Below are positions 29,886 to 40,155 of a stretch of DNA of 64,000 nucleotides, one piece after another. The position numbers and the translations under genes are program-made. Location of the stretch: assembly GCA_002172655.2 (NCBI GenBank), contig NHEL02000013.1, positions 18,572-82,571 of the forward strand, read 5' to 3'. The DNA comes from Flavobacteriales bacterium TMED84 (lineage in GTDB: Bacteria; Bacteroidota; Bacteroidia; Flavobacteriales; BACL11). The notes under the pieces are model-generated. The model saw only the letters and a list, made by a program, of their open reading frames with translations. It did no database searches and was not told the origin of the DNA. Each line of letters starts with the position of its first letter. Position 1 is the first letter of the stretch.

Positions 29886-30906
29886 TTCTGTGAGAATTAA
29901 ATCTATTTTTATTTATTGATCCTTGCCTGAGAATTTTTTGCTCATTTTCTGACAGATCTATAATCTTCTTACACTCAGTTGAACAACAGGATTTAAATTT
30001 TTCTTTACATTTTTTACATTGAATAAATAAAAGGTTACAACTCATATTTTTACAATTGATGTGCATGTCACATTTACTTCCGCACTGATGACAAAAACTA
30101 ATAACTTTTTCAGAGATTTTTTCAGATAATCTTTCATCAAACACAAAATTTTTACCAATAAATTTATTCTCTAGCTTTGGATTTTCCATTAACTGCTTTT
30201 TATAATCTATTATGCCCCCGTGTAATTGATTAACATCTCTGAATCCATTATGTTTTAAGTAAGCAGAAGCTTTTTCACATCTAATTCCACCAGTGCAATA
30301 AAGTAAAATTTTATCATTTTTATTCTCTGACAATAATTCTTTAACCATTGGCAGTTCTTGTTTAAAGGTTTCTGATTGAGGTAAAATAGCATTTTTAAAA
30401 TGTCCGATTTCACTTTCGTAATGATTTCTCATATCAACGATTACCGCCCCTTTATCAATAGCATCATTCCATTCACCTGCACTAAGATGATTTCCAACTT
30501 TGCTTGAGTCAAAATCAATTTCATTTAATCCGTCAGCAACTATCCTTTTTTTAATTTTAATTATTAACTTAAAAAATGAAAAATCTTTTTCTTCAATTGC
30601 TTCTTTCAGAGAAATATTTTTTAAGTATATATCATTATCGAGTTGCTCTTTGAATTTTTCAATATTATAATTTGGAATACTAATCTGAGCATTAATTCCC
30701 TCAGTGGCAATGTATACACGACCAAGAACTTTTAATTTATCCCATTCTCTGTAAAGATAATCTCTATAAAAAGATATATCTTTTAAATTAACATACTTGT
30801 AAAAAGATAAAGTTGTTCTTTTAAATGTTTCACTTTCTAATTTTTTCTTAGCATCTTGAGAGCTGAGCTTATTGAATAATAAATACTTATTTGCGTTAGG
30901 GTCCAA
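29875..30906 (-). CDS. trhO: Rhodanese-related sulfurtransferase / tRNA uridine(34) hydroxylase (UPF0176, YceA family)
   Basis: 343 aa with a rhodanese active-site loop (YCTGGIRCEKASAYL) and a C-terminal Cys-rich tail. The ORF uses a TTG start. Confidence 0.8.
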   Translation of the reverse strand: MDPNANKYLLFNKLSSQDAKKKLESETFKRTTLSFYKYVNLKDISFYRDYLYREWDKLKVLGRVYIATEGINAQISIPNYNIEKFKEQLDNDIYLKNISLKEAIEEKDFSFFKLIIKIKKRIVADGLNEIDFDSSKVGNHLSAGEWNDAIDKGAVIVDMRNHYESEIGHFKNAILPQSETFKQELPMVKELLSENKNDKILLYCTGGIRCEKASAYLKHNGFRDVNQLHGGIIDYKKQLMENPKLENKFIGKNFVFDERLSEKISEKVISFCHQCGSKCDMHINCKNMSCNLLFIQCKKCKEKFKSCCSTECKKIIDLSENEQKILRQGSINKNRFNSHRIIN

Positions 30907-30933
30907 ATTGATATATAAATTTTATTATAGTAC

Positions 30934-30941
30934 TATATTTG
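30934..30941 (+). promoter_or_regulatory. Candidate -7 promoter box (TAtaTTTG) for the epimerase-fold dehydrogenase gene
   Basis: Exact TAnnTTTG match 7 nt upstream of the ATG at 30949. Confidence 0.4.
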
Positions 30942-30948
30942 TAAAACT

Positions 30949-31890
30949 ATGAAAAAAAATAAAATTTTAGTTATAGGTTCTTCTGGACAAATAGGAACTG
31001 ACCTTTGCCTTAGTTTAGAGAGAATGTACGGCGCTGAAAATATTATTCGTTCTGATCTTAATCCTGCTAAAGAAAAAAACCATTATAAAAACTTTATAGA
31101 GCTAGATGTTCTTGATAATGAAATGTTGACTAGGAAAGTAAAAGAAGAAAATATTTCTGAAATATATTTATTAGCAGCTTCTTTGTCTGCACTTGCAGAA
31201 AAAAATGTACTGGTTTCATGCGAATTAAATATGAATTCGCTCATAAACGTGTTAGAGCTTGCTAGAAAGAAAATTATAAAAAAAATTTTTTGGCCATCAT
31301 CAATTGCTGTTTTTGGACCTGATAGTCCAAAATTAAATACACCTCAAAACACTATTTTAAATCCGAGCTCAATTTATGGAATAACAAAATTATCTGGAGA
31401 AAAACTTTGCAAATATTACTATGATAAATTTGATGTTGATATTCGAAGCCTCAGATTGCCAGGTCTAATTGGCTGGAGATCCTTAGCTGGTGGAGGGACT
31501 ACTGATTATGCAGTAGAAATCTTTTATTATGCTTTAAAGAACAATGATTACACATGCTTCTTGTCTAAAGAGACTATATTACCAATGATGTACATGGATG
31601 ATGCAATTGAAGCTATTTTAAAGATAATGACAACTAAAAAAGAGAATATTAAAATTAGAACTTCTTATAATATTTCAGCAGTAAGTTTTACTCCTAAAGA
31701 ATTAGAAAAGCAAATAAAAATTTATTTACCTAATTTTAATGTTAAATTTAAGCCTGATTACAGACAAAAAATTGCAGACTCTTGGCCAGATAGCATAGAC
31801 GATCGAGAAGCAAAAGTTGATTGGGGATGGAAAGCAAAATTTAATCTAGAAAAACTAACTTCTGAAATGTTTAAAAACTTATCGAATTGA
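30949..31890 (+). CDS. NAD-dependent epimerase/dehydratase family protein, likely an L-threonine 3-dehydrogenase of the short-chain type
   Basis: 313 aa with a Rossmann motif (VIGSSGQIGTDL) and YxxxK (YGITKLSGE). Layout resembles epimerase-fold TDH. The specific substrate is not provable from sequence alone. Confidence 0.6.
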   Translation: MKKNKILVIGSSGQIGTDLCLSLERMYGAENIIRSDLNPAKEKNHYKNFIELDVLDNEMLTRKVKEENISEIYLLAASLSALAEKNVLVSCELNMNSLINVLELARKKIIKKIFWPSSIAVFGPDSPKLNTPQNTILNPSSIYGITKLSGEKLCKYYYDKFDVDIRSLRLPGLIGWRSLAGGGTTDYAVEIFYYALKNNDYTCFLSKETILPMMYMDDAIEAILKIMTTKKENIKIRTSYNISAVSFTPKELEKQIKIYLPNFNVKFKPDYRQKIADSWPDSIDDREAKVDWGWKAKFNLEKLTSEMFKNLSN

Positions 31891-33362
31891 AAGAACAACT
31901 GAAAATTTATAATACTCTCACAAAAACAAAAGATGTTTTTAGTCCAATTGATAAAAATTGTGTTGGTATGTATGTATGTGGACCAACAGTTTATGGAGAA
32001 CCTCATCTTGGCCATGCTAGACCAGCAATTGTATTTGATGTTATTTTTAGATATTTTACACACCTTGGATATAAGACTAGATACGTTAGAAATATTACTG
32101 ATGTTGGTCATTTAGAAAATGATTCGGATGATGGTATTGACAAGATTGAAAAAAAAGCAAAAAGTGAAATGCTTGAACCTATGGAGGTAGCCCAATTCTA
32201 TACAGAAAAATATCACGAATGCTTAAAAAAACTAAATTGCCTATCTCCTTCGATTGAGCCTCGTGCAACAGGTCACATAATTGAACAAATAGAGATGATT
32301 GAAAAAATTATTAAAAATGGGTTTGCTTATGTTAAAAACGAGTCAGTTTACATGGATGTTAAAAAATACAGCGAGACATACAATTATGGAGTCTTATCAG
32401 GTAGAAAGATTGAGGATAATATTGATGGGACAAGAGAATTAGAATCTCAGTCAGAAAAAAAACATGCTGCAGATTTTGCACTTTGGAAAAAAGCTTCAAA
32501 TCGTCATATAATGAAATGGAATTCACCATGGGGCGTAGGCTTTCCAGGATGGCATATTGAATGTTCAGCAATGAGTAAAAAGTATTTAGGGGAAAAATTT
32601 GATATTCATGGTGGTGGTCTTGACTTAATTTTTCCACATCATGAAGCAGAAATATGCCAAAGTTACGCTGCGGATTTATGTCCTCCAGCCAATTACTGGA
32701 TACACAATAATATGATAACAATTGATGGTCAAAAAATGGGGAAATCGTTAGGAAATTTTATAAACCTGAATGAATTTTTTAATGGTTCTCACGCAAAACT
32801 TGATAAGGCATACCATCCAATGGTAATTAGATTTTTAATCTTACAAGCTCACTATAAAGGTACTATTGACTTTTCTAATAATGCATTAGTTTCTTGTGAA
32901 AAAGGTCTCAATAAATTATTAAAATCTTATGAAAACATTAAAAATATTAATTGTGAAAAAAAGGGATTTATTAATGATGATTTAGAAAAAATTAAAACTA
33001 ATTGTTACTCAGCATTAAATGATGACTTTAATACGCCAATTGTAATCGCTAATTTATTTGAATTATCAAAAATTATAAATACCTCAATTAAAGAAAAAAT
33101 AACAATGACCTTTTCACAAAAAGAACTTGTAAAAAAAATATTTGATATTTTTTTATTTGAGTTATTGGGCATTAAAAAAATAGTTGAGAATATCAACAAT
33201 GATTTGAGTAAAGAGCTTATGAAGCTAATTATAGATTTAAGAGATAATTCTAAAAAGAATAAAGATTGGGAAACAGCTGATATAATTAGAGATAAATTAT
33301 CTGAAATAAATATTCAAATTAAAGATACAAGAGAGGGTACTAATTGGGAATTAAATGAATAA
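31887..33362 (+). CDS. cysS: Cysteine--tRNA ligase
   Basis: 491 aa with HIGH (EPHLGHARP), the zinc-site block WHIECS and KMSKS (KMGKSLGN). Confidence 0.94.
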   Translation: MKEQLKIYNTLTKTKDVFSPIDKNCVGMYVCGPTVYGEPHLGHARPAIVFDVIFRYFTHLGYKTRYVRNITDVGHLENDSDDGIDKIEKKAKSEMLEPMEVAQFYTEKYHECLKKLNCLSPSIEPRATGHIIEQIEMIEKIIKNGFAYVKNESVYMDVKKYSETYNYGVLSGRKIEDNIDGTRELESQSEKKHAADFALWKKASNRHIMKWNSPWGVGFPGWHIECSAMSKKYLGEKFDIHGGGLDLIFPHHEAEICQSYAADLCPPANYWIHNNMITIDGQKMGKSLGNFINLNEFFNGSHAKLDKAYHPMVIRFLILQAHYKGTIDFSNNALVSCEKGLNKLLKSYENIKNINCEKKGFINDDLEKIKTNCYSALNDDFNTPIVIANLFELSKIINTSIKEKITMTFSQKELVKKIFDIFLFELLGIKKIVENINNDLSKELMKLIIDLRDNSKKNKDWETADIIRDKLSEINIQIKDTREGTNWELNE

Positions 33363-34341
33363 ATTATTTATACAAAATTTTCTTTGCATTTTTTTTATTT
33401 TATCATCATGCACGGAAAATACTAATGTTAGAAAAAATAAATCTTTAGAACTAAACAATATAGTAAATGTTCCTAAATTTAACTCAGACTCATGCTATAG
33501 TTATATTCAAAAACAAGTTGAATTTGGCCCTAGATACTTGAGCAGTGAGGGTGCAAAAAATTGTTCTAAATGGCTAATAAAAAAACTTTCTAAAATTGCT
33601 GATACTTTAGTTGTCCAAGAAGCTAATGTTATTACTTACGATAATAAAAGACATAAAATAAAAAATATAATCGCTTCTTTTCATCCCAAAAAAAACAATC
33701 GTATCTTGCTTATGGCACATTGGGACACAAGACATATTGCCGATCATGATAGCGTCAGAAAAAACAAACCAATTCTTGGGGCAAATGATGGTGGTAGCGG
33801 AGTTGGAATGTTAATTGAAATAGCAAGAAATATTAAACTTAAAAAACCTAAAGTAGGTGTCGATATTATTCTTTTTGACGGTGAAGACTATGGGCAGCCA
33901 GAAAATAGTAAATTTCCCATTATGCAAGATTCGTGGTGTTTAGGTTCTCAATATTGGTCTAAAAACAAACACAGAAAAAATTATTTCGCAAAATATGGCA
34001 TTCTTTTAGATATGGTTGGTGGTCCAAACGCTAAATTTTATGAGGAAGATTTTTCAAAATTCTATGCAGATAATATTTTACAAAAAGTTTGGAATATAGG
34101 ACATGACATAGGATATGGTGAGTTTTTTGTTTTTGAAAGAGGAGCCCAATTTTTAGATGATCATTACTATGTAAATAGTCTTACTTCTATACCTACAATT
34201 GATATTATCGAATTTGATCCATCATCAAAAAATAAATTTAACAAACATTGGCATACTCACGGTGATGACTTAAATAATATCAGTAAAAAAACACTAAAGG
34301 CAATTGGTCAAACTGTTATGCATGTAATTTATAATGACTAG
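33355..34341 (+). CDS. M28 family metallopeptidase / glutaminyl cyclase-like lipoprotein
   Basis: 328 aa with a lipobox-like signal (FFILSSC) and M28 metal-ligand blocks (AHWDTR, GANDGGSGVG, FDGEDYG, HTHGDD). Confidence 0.75.
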   Translation: MNKLFIQNFLCIFFILSSCTENTNVRKNKSLELNNIVNVPKFNSDSCYSYIQKQVEFGPRYLSSEGAKNCSKWLIKKLSKIADTLVVQEANVITYDNKRHKIKNIIASFHPKKNNRILLMAHWDTRHIADHDSVRKNKPILGANDGGSGVGMLIEIARNIKLKKPKVGVDIILFDGEDYGQPENSKFPIMQDSWCLGSQYWSKNKHRKNYFAKYGILLDMVGGPNAKFYEEDFSKFYADNILQKVWNIGHDIGYGEFFVFERGAQFLDDHYYVNSLTSIPTIDIIEFDPSSKNKFNKHWHTHGDDLNNISKKTLKAIGQTVMHVIYND

Positions 34342-34349
34342 CTAAACAT

Positions 34350-34724
34350 TTATTGCTCGTCACATCCTTGAATAAATGTGATATAAAAATCTGAAACCTC
34401 TAAAATTTTTTGTTTTTTTTCATTCGTATACAAAGAAGCATCAATCTCTATATCAATTGGTAAAAACTCTTGCTCTGCAATTTCCAAGTAAAATTTAGTA
34501 ATTTCTTCACTTGTTTCATTGAGAAAAAATAATTCGTATTCTTCTAGATTTTTAGAATCTTTAAAAAGATGCATATTTTCTCCAAAGATCCACCAACCTA
34601 CATATTTTTTTGTTTGAACTTTCTTTTTATCATTTATATCATTTGGAGATGATAAATAGGTGTTATTATCAATATTAGAACAAGAAGTTGCAAAAAAAAT
34701 AATTGTTAATAATATTAGCTTCAT
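34350..34724 (-). CDS. Hypothetical lipoprotein
   Basis: 124 aa with a signal peptide and lipobox (FFATSC). There are no recognisable family motifs. Confidence 0.5.
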   Translation of the reverse strand: MKLILLTIIFFATSCSNIDNNTYLSSPNDINDKKKVQTKKYVGWWIFGENMHLFKDSKNLEEYELFFLNETSEEITKFYLEIAEQEFLPIDIEIDASLYTNEKKQKILEVSDFYITFIQGCDEQ

Positions 34725-35293
34725 TTTTTATAAAAATTCATTTTTTCAATGTAATTCCAGGCTTTATGTGGTACCAAAAATGACGCATCAATTCCTTGCT
34801 TAATGTAACTTCTGATTGATGAGGCAGATATTTGTATGATTGGAGCTTCTTTAATGTATGTTACATTAATGTAGGAATCATTGAATTCAAAGCCTGGTCT
34901 TGGGTATACATAAAAATGATAGGTGTTTAATAGTTCCTCATAATTTTTCCATTTATGAATGTGAGTTAAATTATCAGCCCCCATAATTATTGAAAAATTG
35001 TGATTGTATTTTTCAGACAACTTTACCATTGTATCAATTGTATATGATGGTTGAATAATATCAAACTCTATGTCCGTCGCTTTGAGATACTTTACGTCTA
35101 ATATTTCTTGCCTAATTATATTTAATCGGTGATTCTTGTCTAATATCTTTTTGTTTTTTTTAAAAGGACTCTCAGGTGAAACAACAAACCAAACTTCTTC
35201 TAAGCTAGAGTGATGATAAAAATAATTAGCTATTATTTTGTGACCTACATGAAAGGGATTAAATGTTCCAAAAAATAAACCAATTTGTTTCAT
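34721..35293 (-). CDS. nadD: Nicotinate-nucleotide adenylyltransferase
   Basis: 190 aa with the nucleotidyltransferase motif GTFNPFHVGH and a C-terminal ISASSIR. Confidence 0.9.
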   Translation of the reverse strand: MKQIGLFFGTFNPFHVGHKIIANYFYHHSSLEEVWFVVSPESPFKKNKKILDKNHRLNIIRQEILDVKYLKATDIEFDIIQPSYTIDTMVKLSEKYNHNFSIIMGADNLTHIHKWKNYEELLNTYHFYVYPRPGFEFNDSYINVTYIKEAPIIQISASSIRSYIKQGIDASFLVPHKAWNYIEKMNFYKK

Positions 35294-35294
35294 G

Positions 35295-35855
35295 TTATTT
35301 TAAAAAATTACGAATAATTTTTTCAGCTTCCAAGCATGCTTCCTCAAGTATTATATTTTTAATTATAGAGTCAAACTTTGAACTTTGATTTAACTCTAAA
35401 TCCATTTTTAGTTCTCTTTCTAGCAACTGTGATTGAGACTCTGAATCTCTTTTTTTCAATCGATTTAATAATTCATTTTTAGATGGTGGCATGATAAAAA
35501 TTGATAGACAGTTTTTTTCAAATTTGTCTTTGATATTAATACCTCCAAAAACATCTACATCTAGCAAAACAACTTTATTTAAACTCCATATTCTATTTAA
35601 CTCTTTAAGGTATGTTCCGTAAAATTTATCACTATATACTTCTTGCCACTCAACAAATAAATTTTTATTAATATCATTTTTGAATTCATCTATTGATTTA
35701 AAATAATAATTCACTGAATCCTTTTCATCTGCTCTAGGTGATCTGCTAGTTGCAGAAATTGAAAAAGACAATTGTTCAATTCTATTAATTAGACAATTGG
35801 CAATTGATGTCTTACCTGCTCCCGAGGGAGCTGAAATTACAACTAATTTAGACAT
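35295..35855 (-). CDS. gmk: Guanylate kinase
   Basis: 186 aa with a P-loop (SAPSGAGKTS) and the GMP-binding block (SATSRSPRADE..VNYYF). Confidence 0.92.
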   Translation of the reverse strand: MSKLVVISAPSGAGKTSIANCLINRIEQLSFSISATSRSPRADEKDSVNYYFKSIDEFKNDINKNLFVEWQEVYSDKFYGTYLKELNRIWSLNKVVLLDVDVFGGINIKDKFEKNCLSIFIMPPSKNELLNRLKKRDSESQSQLLERELKMDLELNQSSKFDSIIKNIILEEACLEAEKIIRNFLK

Positions 35856-36745
35856 TATAGTACATTTAAGATTTGCTCTTTAACTTTTTCTAAATTCTCT
35901 TTCATTGATATTACAATTTTTTGAATATTAAAATCATTTGCCTTTGAGCCAATTGTATTAATTTCTCTTCCTATTTCTTGAGAAATAAAACCTAATTTTT
36001 TACCTACTGGTTTGTTAGAGTTTATATTTTTTTGAAATAGGTTTATGTGTGAGTCTAGTCTTATTAGCTCCTCATTGATATCATATTTTTCTATATAATA
36101 GATTATTTCTTGCTCAAATCTGTCCTTGTCGACCTCTTTAAGCGCAAGTATTTTATTTTGTAATTTAGTCCTAACCTCATTTTTTCTTTTGATTGCCCTC
36201 TTGTTTATTCTTTCTAGATTGTTGTAAATAGAATTTATATTATATAAAAGATCCTTTTCTAAAACGCTTCCTTCTTTAAGTCTAAATTGTGAAAGCTCTT
36301 CAACAATTTCTTTGACTTTTTGAAGTATTTTTTTCTTGCTATTTGCATTTAACTTTGAGCTATTATTTTGAGTTCTATTAAATATTTGTAGATGTTTTGC
36401 TGATCCTGTCCAAAAGTTATCAGAAAAGTTTTCTGAAATAATTTTTTCTTCAATCAACGATTTTCTCATCTTTTCAATTTTGGAGACTTCACTTTTAAAC
36501 AAATCACTGTTTTGGATATATAATTCTTGCCTATCATAATCTTGTGTTATCAATAGTTCTACTTTTCCTCTTATTAATTTTTTAGAAATTAATCTTCTGA
36601 TGTCAAACTCTAAAATTCTTATTCTTGATGGAACTTTTAATGAAATATCTAAATTTTTAGAATTCAATGATTTTATATAAAAATTAAAATGTGAATTATT
36701 TAAGATTAACTCACCAGATCCAAAGCCTGTCATTGATAAAATCAT
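35855..36745 (-). CDS. yicC: YicC family stress-induced protein
   Basis: 296 aa with N-terminal SMTGFG and a C-terminal DUF1732 block (GKKLGFISQEIGREINTIGSKAND). Confidence 0.85.
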   Translation of the reverse strand: MILSMTGFGSGELILNNSHFNFYIKSLNSKNLDISLKVPSRIRILEFDIRRLISKKLIRGKVELLITQDYDRQELYIQNSDLFKSEVSKIEKMRKSLIEEKIISENFSDNFWTGSAKHLQIFNRTQNNSSKLNANSKKKILQKVKEIVEELSQFRLKEGSVLEKDLLYNINSIYNNLERINKRAIKRKNEVRTKLQNKILALKEVDKDRFEQEIIYYIEKYDINEELIRLDSHINLFQKNINSNKPVGKKLGFISQEIGREINTIGSKANDFNIQKIVISMKENLEKVKEQILNVL

Positions 36746-36762
36746 TTTTTTTTACAAATTTA

Positions 36763-37653
36763 TTAAAGAATATTTTGTTTGTCTACAGAAACCAAATATA
36801 TGCCAAAAAAAACCAAAGTAATTGAAAATATTTTTGTCGCATCAATTTGATCAGAGTGCAATAAGATTGCAAATATTGAAGCCAGAATAGGCTGTAAATA
36901 TATGTAAGTGCTTACAGTGGTTGGATTTAGTTTTTTTAAAGCACTTGAATTTAAAAGGTATGCAAAAAAGGTTGTAAAAATTAAAACAAATAATACTTCC
37001 AAAACTATTGTTTTGGGCATAACCATCCATTCAACGCTAATGAGTTCTTTCAAGCCAAAAGGTATTACAAAAATTGATCCAAATAAAAAAACCATCATCA
37101 TTACTGTAACTGCGTTATATTTTTTAATCAAAGGCTTTACTAAAACTAAATAAAGTGCATAGCTTGTTGCATTCAAAAAAATAAATAAATTTCCCTTCAT
37201 ATAATTATTATTAAAATCTAAACTATCCTTATTTAATATGAGTATAGTCGCCCCAAGAATTCCTAAAAATACTCCTATGGTTTTTTTAATTGTAATTTGC
37301 TCTTTCAAATAAATTAATGAAATAACAATAACCAAAAGAGGATTAGTAGTCATGATAATTGCTGCGTTAATTGGAGTTGTTAAATTGAGGCCTTGAAAAA
37401 ATAATAGTTGATTGATTGTAACTCCAAAAATGCCACACAGAAAAAATAGTGCTAAATCCTTTGAGTAAATTTTTTCTTTTACAAAAACAATATAACAAAC
37501 AGAAAATAAAATAATAGCGCTTGTGACTCTTAATAAAATAAATCCAGATGGTTGAATGTAATTTGGCATTACGTCTTTAGCTAATGTGTAATTAAGTGCA
37601 TAAATTAAGTTAGCACATAGTAATGCCGAATGGGCTAATATTTTTGAGTTCAA
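36763..37653 (-). CDS. EamA/DMT superfamily transporter
   Basis: 296 aa with about 10 TM helices in two EamA-like halves. Confidence 0.75.
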   Translation of the reverse strand: MNSKILAHSALLCANLIYALNYTLAKDVMPNYIQPSGFILLRVTSAIILFSVCYIVFVKEKIYSKDLALFFLCGIFGVTINQLLFFQGLNLTTPINAAIIMTTNPLLVIVISLIYLKEQITIKKTIGVFLGILGATILILNKDSLDFNNNYMKGNLFIFLNATSYALYLVLVKPLIKKYNAVTVMMMVFLFGSIFVIPFGLKELISVEWMVMPKTIVLEVLFVLIFTTFFAYLLNSSALKKLNPTTVSTYIYLQPILASIFAILLHSDQIDATKIFSITLVFFGIYLVSVDKQNIL

Positions 37654-37691
37654 AAATTTTAATTTTTACAAATGTAGAAACAAATGTTTTA

Positions 37692-37699
37692 TAGCTTTG
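37692..37699 (+). promoter_or_regulatory. Candidate -7 promoter box (TAgcTTTG) for the trans-sulfuration gene
   Basis: Exact TAnnTTTG match 20 nt upstream of the ATG at 37720. Confidence 0.4.
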
Positions 37700-37719
37700 T
37701 GTATTAATATATTATTAAA

Positions 37720-38865
37720 ATGAGATTTAATACAAAAACTATACACGCCGGACTTTCTGCTGACTTATCAACTGGTGCAATTATGACTCCTATTTATCAA
37801 ACATCAACCTACGTTCAAGATTCACCTGGTGAGCATAAGGGCTTTGAATATTCAAGAACAGGAAACCCAACAAGATTAGCACTTGAAAAAAATATTAGTG
37901 CTTTAGAAAATGGAAAACACGGACTTTGTTACTCTAGTGGACTAGCTGCTATTGATAGTGTTATTAAATTACTAAAAGCCGGTGATGAAGTAATTTCAAC
38001 AAATGATTTATACGGAGGAACATACCGATTATTTACTAAGGTGTTTGAAAATTATGGAATTAAATTTCATTTCTGTGATGCTACTAATTATGAAAATGTA
38101 TTAAATCTTGTGAGTGAAAAAACCAAATTAATTTGGATTGAGACGCCAACTAATCCAATGTTAAATATAATTGATATTGAAAAAATAACACTTGCTGTAA
38201 AGTCAAAGCAAATATTAGTTTGTGTTGACAATACATTCGCTACACCATATTTACAAAACCCTCTTGATTTAGGGGCTGATATTGTTATGCATTCTGTAAC
38301 TAAATTTATTGGAGGTCACTCTGATATTATTATGGGCGCACTTATTTGTAATAATGATCATATAGCTGAGCAGTTATTTTTCTTGCAAAATTCTTGCGGA
38401 GCTGTACCTGGACCACAAGACTGTTTTCTAGCCCTAAGAGGTATTAAAACTCTTCACGTGAGAATGCAAAGACATTGTGAAAATGGAATCGAGATTGCTA
38501 ATTTTTTAAGTAAGCATAATAAGATAAAAAATGTATTCTATCCAGGACTGATAAATCATAAAAATCATGATATTGCAAAAAAGCAAATGAAAAACTACGG
38601 AGGTATGCTGTCATTTGATCTAAATAACAGCTCGTTGAAGAAGGCTGAAGAATTTGTTTCAAGAACCCACTTTTTTACTTTAGCTGAAAGTCTAGGTGGA
38701 GTTGAATCACTCTGTGGTCATCCTGCCTCTATGACTCATGCTGCAATACCCAAGCAAGAAAGGCAAAAAAGTGGTGTAACAGACTCATTAATAAGATTAA
38801 GTGTTGGCATTGAAGATATTGATGATTTGATTTATGATTTAGAATCTACTCTCAAAAAAGTATAG
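37720..38865 (+). CDS. Cys/Met-metabolism PLP-dependent enzyme (cystathionine gamma-synthase/beta-lyase/gamma-lyase family)
   Basis: 381 aa with family blocks (YSRTGNPT, DNTFATPYLQNPL) and the PLP-lysine block (HSVTKFIGGHSD). Confidence 0.85.
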   Translation: MRFNTKTIHAGLSADLSTGAIMTPIYQTSTYVQDSPGEHKGFEYSRTGNPTRLALEKNISALENGKHGLCYSSGLAAIDSVIKLLKAGDEVISTNDLYGGTYRLFTKVFENYGIKFHFCDATNYENVLNLVSEKTKLIWIETPTNPMLNIIDIEKITLAVKSKQILVCVDNTFATPYLQNPLDLGADIVMHSVTKFIGGHSDIIMGALICNNDHIAEQLFFLQNSCGAVPGPQDCFLALRGIKTLHVRMQRHCENGIEIANFLSKHNKIKNVFYPGLINHKNHDIAKKQMKNYGGMLSFDLNNSSLKKAEEFVSRTHFFTLAESLGGVESLCGHPASMTHAAIPKQERQKSGVTDSLIRLSVGIEDIDDLIYDLESTLKKV

Positions 38866-38867
38866 CT

Positions 38868-39572
38868 TTGAAAGCTGCAATTATAACTGGCTCCAGCTCA
38901 GGTGTTGGCAAAGAGTTAACTCAACAGCTTTTGAATGAAGGGTGGTTTGTTTACGGGATTTCACGTTCGAATAAAATAACTCACGATTTATTCGTTCATA
39001 ATTCAGTTGATTTATCTGACATAAAAAACATAAAAAGCTATGAGTTTCCTAACATCTGCTGTGATGAAATCTTATTAGTGAACAGTGCTGCAACTTTAGG
39101 CAATATTGTACCCTTTGATAAGAAAGAGAATTATGATTTATTAGCTGAAATAAATTGTAATCTTATTTCTCCTATTATTTTATTTAATAAGTTCATTAAA
39201 AAATTTAATAATGTTAAAAAAACTATATTTAGCATCAGCTCAGGAGCTGCTGCAAAACCAATACATAGCTGGTCGACTTATTGTGTTTCAAAATCAGGCC
39301 TTGAATTGTTATCGCAAGTTTTAAAAAATGAAAGTCTCAATAGTAATCTTCGTATTTTTTCCATACATCCTGGAATTGTAGATACTCCAATGCAAAAACA
39401 CATAAGAAAATCTAGCAAAAGTGATTTTCCGCTTGTAGATAAATTTATTGCATACCACAAAAACAACGAACTAGTATCTGCTAAACTAATTGCTGAGAAA
39501 CTGAATTATTTGTACAAAAACCAACAAAATTTCCATGAAACTGTGATTTATCTAAGAAATCTTAAAATCTGA
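38868..39572 (+). CDS. SDR family oxidoreductase
   Basis: 234 aa with TGxxxGxG (ITGSSSGVG) and catalytic YxxxK (YCVSK). It uses a TTG start. Confidence 0.75.
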   Translation: MKAAIITGSSSGVGKELTQQLLNEGWFVYGISRSNKITHDLFVHNSVDLSDIKNIKSYEFPNICCDEILLVNSAATLGNIVPFDKKENYDLLAEINCNLISPIILFNKFIKKFNNVKKTIFSISSGAAAKPIHSWSTYCVSKSGLELLSQVLKNESLNSNLRIFSIHPGIVDTPMQKHIRKSSKSDFPLVDKFIAYHKNNELVSAKLIAEKLNYLYKNQQNFHETVIYLRNLKI

Positions 39573-39828
39573 GATTCAAATCAATAAAAAAACAGAAAAA
39601 ACATACTTAAAGTGTTAATTTACAACGAGTTATATTAAATATGTGTTTTTAACAACATAATGTGTAAAAAGATGTATTAAAATACGTATTAAAAAATATG
39701 AAAAAACTTTAATGTATTCATTTTCAGCTATTTAAGGGTAAAAAAAAATTTTTTGTTAAAATATTCAAATAAAAATCAGTTAAAAAGAAAAAAATCAAAT
39801 AATTCAATAAACAAAAACAATTATGTTT

Positions 39829-39836
39829 TAAGTTTG
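39829..39836 (+). promoter_or_regulatory. Candidate -7 promoter box (TAagTTTG) for the small membrane protein gene
   Basis: Exact TAnnTTTG match 29 nt upstream of the ATG at 39866, at the end of a 293-nt AT-rich spacer. Confidence 0.4.
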
Positions 39837-39865
39837 GACCATATTAATCAAAATGTATATTAATT

Positions 39866-40093
39866 ATGGACAATGTATTTAAGTATTTTAATGGCTTTTT
39901 CAAAGGCTTAACTGGTTTAATCATGACTGTTTTAGGCCTTGGAGTTGCTGTAGAGATTCTTTTTGGAGGAGGATCAATGTTTGGTATGACTGTTATTGAC
40001 AACGTGATGGCTGTTATTAATGGTTTAGGTGGAGCTGGCTTCGCTGGCTTAGTTGGTTTACTTGTATTGTTTTCTTTATTAACAGGAAAATAA
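39866..40093 (+). CDS. Small Gly-rich two-TM membrane protein, unknown function
   Basis: 75 aa with an amphipathic Phe-rich N-terminus and two hydrophobic helices carrying GxxxG-type glycine zippers (GLGVAVEILFGGG, GLGGAGFAGLVGLL). It has its own -7 box and a strong terminator. Confidence 0.55.
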   Translation: MDNVFKYFNGFFKGLTGLIMTVLGLGVAVEILFGGGSMFGMTVIDNVMAVINGLGGAGFAGLVGLLVLFSLLTGK

Positions 40094-40118
40094 TTCTAAA
40101 TCAATGTTTTAGTTTAAT

Positions 40119-40152
40119 AAATAGCCCTGCATTTAAGTAGGGCTATTTTTTT
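40119..40152 (+). terminator. Rho-independent terminator after the 75-aa ORF
   Basis: A 10-bp stem (aaatagccct / agggctattt) with a 10-nt loop is followed by a T7 tail. Confidence 0.7.
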
Positions 40153-40155
40153 AAT

